Shown here piece after piece: positions 9,592-18,485 of a stretch of DNA of 64,000 nt. The position numbers and the translations under genes were made by a program. Position 1 is the first letter of the stretch, and the number at the start of each line of letters is the position of its first letter. The notes beneath the pieces were generated by a model that saw only the letters and a program-made list of their open reading frames with translations, searched no databases and was not told the origin of the DNA. Source of the stretch: Acidobacteriota bacterium (lineage in GTDB: Bacteria > Acidobacteriota > Vicinamibacteria > Vicinamibacterales > CAVVIG01); the NCBI GenBank assembly GCA_046728115.1, contig JBKPDW010000197.1, positions 16,151 through 80,150 of the forward strand, read 5' to 3'.

Positions 9592-9712
9592 AATCGCCAC
9601 CACGGAGGACACGGAGGACACCGGGACATGCTTCAGTGTGACACCGCGGATCCCGTCCTCCGTGTCCCCTGTGGTGGAGAGCGCCGTAGTGGAGAGCGTC
9701 GTGGTGGAGCGC
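9592..9712 (+). repeat. Palindromic intergenic element, CACCACGGAGGACAC family, copy A (right terminus triplicated)
   Basis: aaaatcgCCACCACGGAGGACACGGAGGACACCGGGA...TCCCGTCCTCCGTGTCCCCTGTGGTGGAGAGCG, followed by two more GT(A/G)GTGGAG(AG)CG units. Lies between nuoC and nuoD. Confidence 0.8.
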
Positions 9713-9719
9713 CTTAGCC

Positions 9720-10901
9720 GTGCCCGAGATCAAAACCGAAGTGATGACCGTGAACATGGGGCCTCAGCACCCCAGCACGCACGGCGTCCTGCGGCTGGTG
9801 CTCGAGCTGGACGGGGAGACCGTTCTGTCCGCCGCGACGACCATCGGGTATCTCCATACCGGCATCGAGAAAACGGCGGAGCAGAAGAAGTGGCAGCAGG
9901 TGATCCCGCTCGTCGAACGCATGGATTATCTGAGCGCTCAGTCGAACTCGATGGCGTTCTGTCTGTCGGTGGAGAAGCTGCTGGGCATCGAGGTTCCGGA
10001 GCGCGTGCGGTGGATTCGCGTCCTCATCGCCGAGCTGCAGCGGATCAACAGCCATCTGGTCTGGCTCGGCACCCACGGCATGGAGGTCGGCGCGGTCTCG
10101 GTGATGCTCTACTGCTTCCGCGAGCGCGAACTGCTGCTCAATCTGAACGAGATGCTCGCCGGCTTTCGGATGTTCCCGAGTTACATGCGTGTCGGAGGCC
10201 TGCGCGAGGATCTGCCGCGAGGATTCCACGCCGCGGTTCGCGCGTTCCTCGATCGGTTCGGGCCAAAGCTCGACGAGTACGAGGATCTCCTCACCCAGAA
10301 CGCCATCTACCTCCAGCGCACGAAGGGCGTTGGCATCATGTCGCGCGCCGGTGCGATCGCGCACGGTCTGGTCGGACCGATTGCACGCGCCGCCGGCGCG
10401 GACTACGACGTGCGCAAGTACTTTCCGTATCTCGGGTACGAGACGCTCGACTTCGCCGTGCCCACACGGACCGCGGGCGACGTCTACGCCCGGTACGAGG
10501 TCCGCATGGCCGAGATGCGGGAAAGCGCGAAAATCTGCCGTCAGGTGCTCGAGCGGATTTCGCCGGCGGGCGCGTATGCGGTCAACGATCCGCGCATCAC
10601 GCCGCCGCCGAAGGACCGCGTGTACACCGAGATGGAGGCGCTCATCCAGCACTTCCTGATCTACTCGCAGGGATTCACCGTGCCGGCCGGCGAAGTGTAC
10701 GTACCGGTCGAAGGGCCTCGGGGGGAGCACGGATTTTCGATCGTGTCGGACGGGACCAACCGCCCGTGGCGCGTGAAAGCGCGCGCGCCATCGTTGCTCG
10801 CGTGCCAGGCGCTCGAGAAGATGATCGTCGGCGGCTTGATTGCCGATGTCATCGCGGTGATCGGATCGATTGATGTGGTGATGGGAGACGTGGACCGGTG
10901 A
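9720..10901 (+). CDS. nuoD: NADH-quinone oxidoreductase subunit D
   Basis: GTG start. MTVNMGPQHPSTHGVLRLVLELDGE, and the C-terminus IADVIAVIGSIDVVMGDVDR. Confidence 0.95.
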   Translation: MPEIKTEVMTVNMGPQHPSTHGVLRLVLELDGETVLSAATTIGYLHTGIEKTAEQKKWQQVIPLVERMDYLSAQSNSMAFCLSVEKLLGIEVPERVRWIRVLIAELQRINSHLVWLGTHGMEVGAVSVMLYCFRERELLLNLNEMLAGFRMFPSYMRVGGLREDLPRGFHAAVRAFLDRFGPKLDEYEDLLTQNAIYLQRTKGVGIMSRAGAIAHGLVGPIARAAGADYDVRKYFPYLGYETLDFAVPTRTAGDVYARYEVRMAEMRESAKICRQVLERISPAGAYAVNDPRITPPPKDRVYTEMEALIQHFLIYSQGFTVPAGEVYVPVEGPRGEHGFSIVSDGTNRPWRVKARAPSLLACQALEKMIVGGLIADVIAVIGSIDVVMGDVDR

Positions 10902-11500
10902 CTTTCCACCCGAAGATGGCGTACGACGCCGCCTTTCACAAGTCGGCCCGCCAACTCGAAGACGAAGGGCCGCCGTTCGCGTACACGCCGGAGAACCGCG
11001 CGCGTTTCGACGAGATCGTCAAGCGCTACCCGGAGGATCGCCGTCGATCGGCCGTGCTGCCGGCACTGTATCTCGCGCAGCGTCAGCAGGGCTACATCAC
11101 CGCCAACGCCATCCGTCACGTGGCCGACGTTCTCGGCATCACGCGTGCGGACGTGGAGGACGTCGTGTCGTTCTACACGATGTTCTACACGAAACCGGTC
11201 GGGCGGTTCGTGGTCCAGGTGTGCCGCACGCTGTCGTGCGCACTCAACGGCGCCGAACGCGTGACCGAAGCGCTGTCGGACAAGCTGGGGATTCGCCCGG
11301 GCCAGACCGACGCGAGCGCAACCTTCACGCTGCTCGAAGTCGAGTGCCTCGGCGCCTGCGATCGCGCGCCGGTCGTGATGGTCAACGACGGCTGGCACGA
11401 GTGCCAGCGGCCGGAACAGGCGGCGAAACTAATCGACGATCTGCGTGCGAAAGGCGAGGCCGCGCTGAGCGGATGTCATCACGTGATCGAGAAACAATGA
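10898..11500 (+). CDS. nuoE: NADH-quinone oxidoreductase subunit E
   Basis: GTGA start/stop overlap with nuoD. 2Fe-2S motif CRTLSC...ECLGACDRAPV. Confidence 0.9.
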   Translation: MTFHPKMAYDAAFHKSARQLEDEGPPFAYTPENRARFDEIVKRYPEDRRRSAVLPALYLAQRQQGYITANAIRHVADVLGITRADVEDVVSFYTMFYTKPVGRFVVQVCRTLSCALNGAERVTEALSDKLGIRPGQTDASATFTLLEVECLGACDRAPVVMVNDGWHECQRPEQAAKLIDDLRAKGEAALSGCHHVIEKQ

Positions 11501-11570
11501 TCGAGCTACCACGAAAACACGACAAGAACCATCTGATTCCGTGGTTTGGGGCTGATCCCGAACTGGAACA

Positions 11571-12881
11571 TTGGAATTGATCGACCAGATGGATCCAATT
11601 CTGACGCGCTACGTTCGCGAGCCGAATTCGTTCGCACTCGATTTCTATCTGGCGCACGACGGGTACGACGGCCTTCGAGCGGCGCTGAGAAAAACGCCGG
11701 ACCAGATCATCGAGATGGTCAAGGCCTCGGGCCTGCGCGGCCGCGGCGGGGCCGGCTTCCCGACCGGCATGAAGTGGCAATTCGTCGACAAGAAAGTCGA
11801 GCCACGCTACATCGCGTGCAACGCGGACGAGAGCGAGCCGGGCACGTTCAAAGACCATCTCCTCTTGGAGCGCAATCCGCACCTGCTGATCGAGGGCTGC
11901 GCGATCGGCTGTTATGCCATTGGCGCGCGGGTCGCGTACATCTACATTCGCGGCGAATTCTTCCATGTGCAGCGGATCCTCGAACGCGCGATCGCAGAAG
12001 CGTACGCGCGCGGTCTTCTTGGCTGCAACATCCTCGGATCGGGCTACGACTGCGACATCTACGTCCACCGCGGCGCGGGCGCCTACGAAGCGGGTGAGGA
12101 AACGGCGCTGCTCGAGTCGCTCGAGGGCAAGCGCGCGCAGCCGCGCAACAAACCGCCTTTTCCCGCCGCGGTGGGTCTCTACGGCAAACCGACGGCCGTC
12201 AACAACGTCGAGACGCTCTGCAACGTGCCGCTGATCGTCCTGAAGGGGCCGGCGTGGTTTACGTCGCTCGGACCCGAGAAAAACGGCGGTCCGAAGCTGT
12301 ATTGCGTGAGCGGCCATGTCAAGCGCCCCGGCGTGTACGAAGACTCGATGAACATCACGCTGCGCGAGCTTATAGAAGGCCGCGCGGGCGGCGTGCGCGA
12401 CGGACGGACGATGAAGGCCGTCATCCCTGGCGGTTCGTCCGTGCCGATCCTGCTGCCGAATCAGCTGGACATCGCCGCGAGTTTCGACGCTGTCCAGAAA
12501 GCCGGTTCACTCCTGGGTTCGGCCGCGATCGTCGTGATGGATGATACGACCTGCATGGTATGGCTTGCCGAGAATCTGCTGCATTTCTATCGCCACGAGT
12601 CGTGCGGCAAGTGCACGCCGTGCCGCGAAGGGACCGACTGGCTGTACAAGATTCTCGAGAAGATCGAACGCGGCGAGGGGCAGATGCGCGATCTCGATCT
12701 GCTCCAGAGTATTTCGGACAACATCGCCGGGAAAACGCTGTGCGCGTTCGGCGATGCCGCCGTTGCGCCCGTGCTGACGACGCTGAAACATTTCCGGCAC
12801 GAGTACGAAGCGCATGTGAAGGAAGGCCGCTGCACACTGCCGGCCGGATGGCGAGCGAAGCAGCCGGTAGGTGCGCATTGA
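11571..12881 (+). CDS. nuoF: NADH-quinone oxidoreductase subunit F
   Basis: GLRGRGGAGFPTGMKW (FMN/NADH site) and ESCGKCTPCREG (N3 cluster). Alternative start ATG 11589. Confidence 0.95.
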   Translation: MELIDQMDPILTRYVREPNSFALDFYLAHDGYDGLRAALRKTPDQIIEMVKASGLRGRGGAGFPTGMKWQFVDKKVEPRYIACNADESEPGTFKDHLLLERNPHLLIEGCAIGCYAIGARVAYIYIRGEFFHVQRILERAIAEAYARGLLGCNILGSGYDCDIYVHRGAGAYEAGEETALLESLEGKRAQPRNKPPFPAAVGLYGKPTAVNNVETLCNVPLIVLKGPAWFTSLGPEKNGGPKLYCVSGHVKRPGVYEDSMNITLRELIEGRAGGVRDGRTMKAVIPGGSSVPILLPNQLDIAASFDAVQKAGSLLGSAAIVVMDDTTCMVWLAENLLHFYRHESCGKCTPCREGTDWLYKILEKIERGEGQMRDLDLLQSISDNIAGKTLCAFGDAAVAPVLTTLKHFRHEYEAHVKEGRCTLPAGWRAKQPVGAH

Positions 12882-13021
12882 TTGCCGAAGGCGCCCCACT
12901 GAAACCGCGGAATGCGGAAACGCGAACTGAGAGCGTGGTCGACGTGCTTCATTGAACCCGTGTCTGCCGCCTACATGGCACTGCTCAGTGACGTTCGTGG
13001 TAGCGCTCTGGTGATGCCGGC

Positions 13022-14047
13022 ATGACCCCGTTGCTCATCGGCCAGATCGTCCTGACGTTCTTCGTGTTCTTCATGCTGCTGGGCTCCGCGGCGATGATGG
13101 TGTACGTCGAGCGCAAGGTCGCGGCCCTTCTGCAGCAGCGGATCGGCCCCTCTCGCGTCGGTCCGAGGGGCCTCCTCCAGCCGATCGCCGACGTCGTCAA
13201 GCTGCTGTTCAAGGAGGAGCTCAGGCCGGCCGCGGCTGATGCGTTCCTCTTTGGACTGGCTCCGATCATCTCGGCGACGTGCGCGTTCGCAGCATTTGCT
13301 GTCATCCCGTTCGGAACCGCCGTCACGTTTTTCGGCTGGATTCCCGAGGGAATGCGCTTGCAGGTCGCCGACGTCAATGTCGCAATCCTCGTGGTATTCG
13401 CGATCGCGTCGATGAGCGTATATGGGATCGTCCTGGCCGGTTGGAGCTCGAACAGCAAGTACTCGCTACTCGGTGGCTTGCGCTCGACGGCGCAGATGAT
13501 CAGCTACGAGCTGTCGTACGGCCTGGCGCTCGCGAGCGTGCTGCTCCTGGGCAACTCGCTGTCGCTGACCCAGATCGTGAACGCGCAGTCCGGCCGCTGG
13601 TGGGGGATCCTGCCGCGCTGGTTCGTGTTCATCCAGCCGCTGGGATTTCTGATCTACATGACGGCCGGCATCGCCGAAACCAACCGCGCGCCGTTCGACT
13701 TTCCGGAGGCCGAGCAGGAGCTCGTCGCCGGTTACCACACCGAGTACAGCAGCATGGCGTTCGCCATGTTCTTCCTGGCGGAGTACATCAACATGGTGAC
13801 GGTGTCGGCCGTTGCGACGGACTTGTTTCTCGGCGGCTGGCACGGGCCGCTGCTGCCGGAATCGCTCGGCTGGATCTGGTTTCTGCTCAAAATGTCGGCG
13901 ATTCTCTTCTTCTATGTGTGGATGCGGTGGACGCTGCCGCGCTATCGCTATGATCAGCTGATGAGATTCGGGTGGAAAGTGTTGTTGCCGGTCGCGGTGA
14001 TCAATCTGCTGGTCACTGCGGCCGCGGTCCTGTATTTCGGTTTGTAG
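13022..14047 (+). CDS. nuoH: NADH-quinone oxidoreductase subunit H
   Basis: Polytopic membrane protein with AETNRAPFDFPEAEQELVAGYHTEYS. Confidence 0.95.
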   Translation: MTPLLIGQIVLTFFVFFMLLGSAAMMVYVERKVAALLQQRIGPSRVGPRGLLQPIADVVKLLFKEELRPAAADAFLFGLAPIISATCAFAAFAVIPFGTAVTFFGWIPEGMRLQVADVNVAILVVFAIASMSVYGIVLAGWSSNSKYSLLGGLRSTAQMISYELSYGLALASVLLLGNSLSLTQIVNAQSGRWWGILPRWFVFIQPLGFLIYMTAGIAETNRAPFDFPEAEQELVAGYHTEYSSMAFAMFFLAEYINMVTVSAVATDLFLGGWHGPLLPESLGWIWFLLKMSAILFFYVWMRWTLPRYRYDQLMRFGWKVLLPVAVINLLVTAAAVLYFGL

Positions 14048-14059
14048 TGACGACCCCCG

Positions 14060-14566
14060 ATGATTGCCTTCTACCTGTTCGCGACGATCGCCGTGGCAGC
14101 GTCGCTGCTCGTGATCGCTCAGCGCAATCCGATCTACAGCGTCCTGCTGCTCATCGCGTCGTTCGGCGCACTGTCCGGGCTGTACGTCCTGCTCGACGCG
14201 CCATTTGCCGCCGTGACCCAGATCATCGTCTACGCCGGCGCCATCATGGTCCTGTTCCTGTTCGTCGTGATGCTGCTGAATGCTCCGCACGAGGATACCG
14301 AACACGATCTCCGATCGCACCCGTTGCTGCGCGGCGGACCGCTGGGATTCGGTCTGGTGCTCGCGCTGACGCTCGTGATCGAACTCGGACTGGCGCTGGG
14401 CGCGGGAAGCCGGACAGGCGGCTTCGGCAGCGCGTCGACCGGCTCGGTACAGGCGATCGGCCGCGCGCTCTTCACTGAATACGCTTTTCCGTTCGAGGTG
14501 ACGTCGGTTCTGATTCTGGTCGCCATGGTCGGGGCCGTGGTGCTGGCGCGACGGGAGCATCGCTGA
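14060..14566 (+). CDS. nuoJ: NADH-quinone oxidoreductase subunit J
   Basis: 168-aa membrane protein with VYAGAIMVLFLFVVMLL. Sits directly after nuoH, with no nuoI between them. Confidence 0.9.
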   Translation: MIAFYLFATIAVAASLLVIAQRNPIYSVLLLIASFGALSGLYVLLDAPFAAVTQIIVYAGAIMVLFLFVVMLLNAPHEDTEHDLRSHPLLRGGPLGFGLVLALTLVIELGLALGAGSRTGGFGSASTGSVQAIGRALFTEYAFPFEVTSVLILVAMVGAVVLARREHR

Positions 14567-14868
14567 TGCCCACGCTGAACGACTACCTGGTGCTGTCGGC
14601 GGTGTTGTTCTCGATTGGCACCGCGGGCGTATTCATCCGGCGGAACGTCATTACGATTCTGCTGTCGATCGAAATAATGCTGAATGCCGTGAACCTGACG
14701 TTCGTGGCCTATGGCCGCGCGTTCGGGTCGGTTGACGGACAGATCATCGCCTTCTTCGTCATGACCGTGGCCGCGGCGGAGGCGGCGGTTGGCCTCGCCA
14801 TCGTGATCACGCTGTTCCGGCACCGCGAATCGTTGAACCCCGACATGTTTACGGCGCTCAAATGGTGA
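14566..14868 (+). CDS. nuoK: NADH-quinone oxidoreductase subunit K
   Basis: 100 aa. SIEIMLNAVNL...MTVAAAEAAVGLAIV. The ATG overlaps the nuoJ stop. Confidence 0.95.
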   Translation: MPTLNDYLVLSAVLFSIGTAGVFIRRNVITILLSIEIMLNAVNLTFVAYGRAFGSVDGQIIAFFVMTVAAAEAAVGLAIVITLFRHRESLNPDMFTALKW

Positions 14869-14884
14869 CCAGGTCCCCGTTCGT

Positions 14885-16825
14885 GTGAAGGCGATGCTCC
14901 CGCTGATACCGCTTCTCCCGTTCCTCGGCTTCCTGGTAAACGCCATGTTCGGCCGGCGTCTCAGCAAGGGCGCGGCCGGGGCCGTCGCGTGCGGCGCCAT
15001 GATCGGCTCGTTTCTCGTATCGATCGCGGCCGTGTGGCGATTGTTCGGGCTGACTGACGAATCGATCGTCAGCAACGTCTATACGTGGCTTTCGTCGGGC
15101 GATCTGAGCGTCGACTGCGCACTGCGACTCGATCATCTCTCGACGGTGATGATCCTCATCGTCACCGGCATCGGATCGCTGATCCACGTGTATTCGATGG
15201 CGTACATGCATGAGGAACCCGAGGCGGAATACGCACGGTATTTCTCGTACCTGAACCTGTTCGCCGCCTTCATGCTCGTGCTGGTCCTGGGTGCGAACTT
15301 CCTCGTGATGTTCGTGGGTTGGGAAGGCGTGGGCCTCTGCTCGTACCTGCTGATCGGATTCTGGTATCAGAAGAAAACCGCCTCCGACGCCGGCAAGAAA
15401 GCGTTCATCGTCAACCGCATCGGTGATTTCGGATTCATTCTGGGCCTGCTGGCCGTGTTCGTGCGGTTCGATACCCTCGATTTCGAGAAGGTCGCGCAGG
15501 CGGCGGCGGCGACCGGCACCGAAGCGGTCTTCGGGCCGATCTCGCTGATGACGCTGTTGCTCTTCGTCGGCGCGACGGGCAAGTCGGCGCAGATACCGCT
15601 GTACATCTGGCTGCCGGACGCGATGGAAGGCCCCACCCCTGTTTCCGCCCTGATTCACGCGGCGACGATGGTGACGGCAGGCGTGTACATGATCGGGAGG
15701 AATGCGGTCCTCTTCAGCCATGCGCCGCAGACGCTGGCGATCGTCGCTGTTATCGGCGCCGCGACCGCGCTGATGGCCGGGACGATTGGCCTGGTCCAGA
15801 ACGACATCAAACGCGTGCTGGCGTACTCGACGGTTTCGCAGCTCGGGTACATGTTCCTGGCAATGGGTGTCGGCGCCTTCGGCGCGGGTATCTTTCACCT
15901 TTACACACACGCGTTCTTCAAGGCCCTGCTGTTCCTCGGATCTGGCGCGGTGATTCACGCGCTCGCGGGCGAGCAGGACCTGCGCCACATGGGCGGACTC
16001 AAGAAGGATCTGCCGGTCACGTACTGGACGTTCATCATCGGAGCTCTCGCCATCGCGGGCGTGCCCGGACTGGCAGGGTTTTTCAGCAAGGATGAGATTC
16101 TGTTCCGCACGTTCACCGAAGGCCACACGCTGTTGTGGAGCATCGGCCTGCTCACGTCGCTCCTGACGGCGATCTACATGTTCCGTCTCGTGTTCCTGGC
16201 CTTTCATGGGCCTCCCCCGTCGCCTGTGGCCTCACACGCAGCGCCTTCGCCGGCCGACTCGCAGGCCGAGCGCGCGGCGCACGCCGGTTTGCACGACCCC
16301 CCTCCGGCAATGGCGATTGTGCTGGTCGTTCTGGCGATCGGATCGGTGCTGGCCGGCTACGTCGGTCTCGGCAGTCGATTCGACCACTTTCTCGAGCCGA
16401 GCTTCGCGCCGCAGGCTGCGGAAGCCGCGACCGACACGAGTCTGGAAATGACACTGATGGTCGTCTCCTCGATTGTCGCCGTGCTCGGCATCGGCCTCGC
16501 GTTCTATTTCTTCCTGAGAAATCGAGCCGCCGCCGAGGCGGTCGCGAATCGCTTTGCCAGCGTTTATCGGCTGCTGCTCAACAAGTACTACGTGGACGAG
16601 ATTTACGACGCCAGCATCGTGCAGCCTGTTCGCATCGTGTCCGAAAACGCGCTGTGGAAGGGCATCGACGTACGTGTCATCGACGCCACCGTCAATGGCG
16701 TTGGCGACACCGTGGGCGGCATGAGCTTCCTGTTGCGACGTCTGCAGACCGGATCGGTGCGCGCCTACGCTGCGTCCGTCTTTCTGGGAGTCGTCGCGAT
16801 ACTCGGATACTACTTGTGGCGGTGA
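14885..16825 (+). CDS. nuoL: NADH-quinone oxidoreductase subunit L
   Basis: 646-aa antiporter-like subunit. WEGVGLCSYLLIGFW, KSAQIPLYIWLPDAMEGPTPVSALIHAATMV. Confidence 0.95.
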   Translation: MKAMLPLIPLLPFLGFLVNAMFGRRLSKGAAGAVACGAMIGSFLVSIAAVWRLFGLTDESIVSNVYTWLSSGDLSVDCALRLDHLSTVMILIVTGIGSLIHVYSMAYMHEEPEAEYARYFSYLNLFAAFMLVLVLGANFLVMFVGWEGVGLCSYLLIGFWYQKKTASDAGKKAFIVNRIGDFGFILGLLAVFVRFDTLDFEKVAQAAAATGTEAVFGPISLMTLLLFVGATGKSAQIPLYIWLPDAMEGPTPVSALIHAATMVTAGVYMIGRNAVLFSHAPQTLAIVAVIGAATALMAGTIGLVQNDIKRVLAYSTVSQLGYMFLAMGVGAFGAGIFHLYTHAFFKALLFLGSGAVIHALAGEQDLRHMGGLKKDLPVTYWTFIIGALAIAGVPGLAGFFSKDEILFRTFTEGHTLLWSIGLLTSLLTAIYMFRLVFLAFHGPPPSPVASHAAPSPADSQAERAAHAGLHDPPPAMAIVLVVLAIGSVLAGYVGLGSRFDHFLEPSFAPQAAEAATDTSLEMTLMVVSSIVAVLGIGLAFYFFLRNRAAAEAVANRFASVYRLLLNKYYVDEIYDASIVQPVRIVSENALWKGIDVRVIDATVNGVGDTVGGMSFLLRRLQTGSVRAYAASVFLGVVAILGYYLWR

Positions 16826-16830
16826 GCATG

Positions 16831-16908
16831 TACACCACGGATGACACAGGGGACACGGAGGTCAAGATGATCCGTTCCCGCGTCCTCGGTGTCCCCGGTG
16901 GTGGAGAG
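16831..16908 (+). repeat. Palindromic intergenic element, CACCACGGAGGACAC family, copy B
   Basis: taCACCACGGATGACACAGGGGACACGGAGGtcaagatgatccgttcccgCGTCCTCGGTGTCCCCGGTGGTGGAGAG. Lies between nuoL and nuoM. Confidence 0.8.
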
Positions 16909-16913
16909 TTGAC

Positions 16914-18485
16914 ATGAACTTTCCCATCCTCACCTCGCTGATCATCGTGCCAATCGTCGGCGCTCTCGCGCTGCTGCTGATTCGCGACGATGAGGAGCAC
17001 GCGCCGCTGGCCCGCAACGTGGCGCTGGTGGTGTCGCTGCTGGTGTTCGGCGAAACGCTGCTGCTGTGGGCGCGGTTCAATGCGGGCACCGCGGACTTCC
17101 AGTTCGTAGAGCAGCACGACTGGATTCCGGCATTCGGCATCAGGTACATCATCGGCGTCGATGGCATCAGTCTGCTGCTGATCGTCCTCACCGCATTCCT
17201 GACGCCGCTGGCGCTCCTCAGCGGGTGGGAGGCGGTGCACGATCGCGCGCGGTCGTTCTGCCTGTTCCTGCTGCTGCTCGAAGCCGCAATGATCGGTGTC
17301 TTCGCGTCGCTCGATCTGTTTCTGTTCTACGTGTTCTGGGACGCGATGCTGATCCCGATGTACTTCCTCATCGGCATCTGGGGGTACGAGCGGCGCATCT
17401 ATGCGGCCGTGAAATTCATCCTGTTCACGATGGCTGGCAGCGTGCTCATGCTGCTTGCGATCCTTAGCCTAGCCTACCTGCACAGCACCGCGACCGGCGC
17501 GTACAGCTTCGATCTGCAGAAGCTGTATCAGTTGGATGTGCCGCACGGCCTGCAGTTCTGGTTCTTCCTCGCCTTCGCGTTGGCATTCGCGATCAAGGTG
17601 CCGCTCGTCCCGTTCCACACGTGGTTGCCTGACGCGCACGTCGAAGCGCCAACTGCAGGCTCGGTCATTCTGGCCGGCGTGCTGCTGAAGATGGGCACGT
17701 ACGGCCTGCTCCGGTTTGCATTCCCTCTGTTCCCCTTCGCCGCGCAGTTTTTTGCGCCCGCGCTCGCAGTAGTCGCCGTGATTGGCATCATTTACGGGGC
17801 GCTCGTCGCGATGGTCCAACCCGACATGAAGAAGCTCGTCGCCTACTCGAGCGTCAGCCATCTGGGCTTCGTCGTGTTGGGCATCTGCGTGATGAACGTC
17901 CAGGGCGTGCAGGGAGCCGTTTACCAGATGCTGAATCACGGTGTCAGCACCGGGGGGCTCTTCCTCATCGTCGGGATGCTGTCGGACCGCCGGCACACGC
18001 GTTTGATCTCCGAGTACGGCGGACTCAAAGCGGTGGTGCCTCGCCTTGTCGCGGTGTTCTTCGTCGTGACGCTGTCGTCGATCGGGCTGCCCGGGCTGAA
18101 TGGGTTCGTCGGCGAGTTCCTGATCCTGCTCGGCACCTTCCGGTCGGATCCGCGGCTCGCCGCATTCGCGGCTTCCGGTGTCGTGCTCTCGGCCACTTAC
18201 ATGCTCTGGATGTTCCAGCGGGTGAACTACGGCAAGGTCACCAACCAGAAGAACGCGGAACTTGCCGATTTGAGTTCGCGTGAATGGTTCGCGATCGCCC
18301 CCATCGTCGCCATGGCGGTCGTGATGGGTGTTTTTCCGAACCTCTTCCTGCAGCCGATGCGGTCGGCGGTCGACAAGCTCCTGACGCACTACCATCAGAG
18401 CTCGTCGGTGCAAATCAGAGCGGACCGCAGCGACATCCGTCCGCCGGCGTCCGGGCCGGACCTCAAAGCGAGATCAACGCCATGA
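16914..18485 (+). CDS. nuoM: NADH-quinone oxidoreductase subunit M
   Basis: Antiporter-like subunit. KVPLVPFHTWLPDAHVEAPTAGSVILAGVLLKMGTYG. Confidence 0.95.
   Translation: MNFPILTSLIIVPIVGALALLLIRDDEEHAPLARNVALVVSLLVFGETLLLWARFNAGTADFQFVEQHDWIPAFGIRYIIGVDGISLLLIVLTAFLTPLALLSGWEAVHDRARSFCLFLLLLEAAMIGVFASLDLFLFYVFWDAMLIPMYFLIGIWGYERRIYAAVKFILFTMAGSVLMLLAILSLAYLHSTATGAYSFDLQKLYQLDVPHGLQFWFFLAFALAFAIKVPLVPFHTWLPDAHVEAPTAGSVILAGVLLKMGTYGLLRFAFPLFPFAAQFFAPALAVVAVIGIIYGALVAMVQPDMKKLVAYSSVSHLGFVVLGICVMNVQGVQGAVYQMLNHGVSTGGLFLIVGMLSDRRHTRLISEYGGLKAVVPRLVAVFFVVTLSSIGLPGLNGFVGEFLILLGTFRSDPRLAAFAASGVVLSATYMLWMFQRVNYGKVTNQKNAELADLSSREWFAIAPIVAMAVVMGVFPNLFLQPMRSAVDKLLTHYHQSSSVQIRADRSDIRPPASGPDLKARSTP

Noticed and set aside
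9628-9716. Small peptides encoded inside the palindromic elements. Examples are MLQCDTADPVLRVPCGGE..., MIRSRVLGVPGGGELT and MEHTCMHQPTPCPRCPPRWRALRRA, the last with CxxC pairs.
   Set aside because: The reading frame, start position and peptide sequence are not conserved between copies, and copy E has no start codon. What is conserved is the nucleotide palindrome. Only the positional coupling to nuoM and nuoD is kept as a finding.
12882-13021. Degraded nuoG remnant or small gene in the nuoF-nuoH gap.
   Set aside because: The gap is only 140 nt. It has no open frame of note and no Fe-S cysteine motifs in any frame that I could read.
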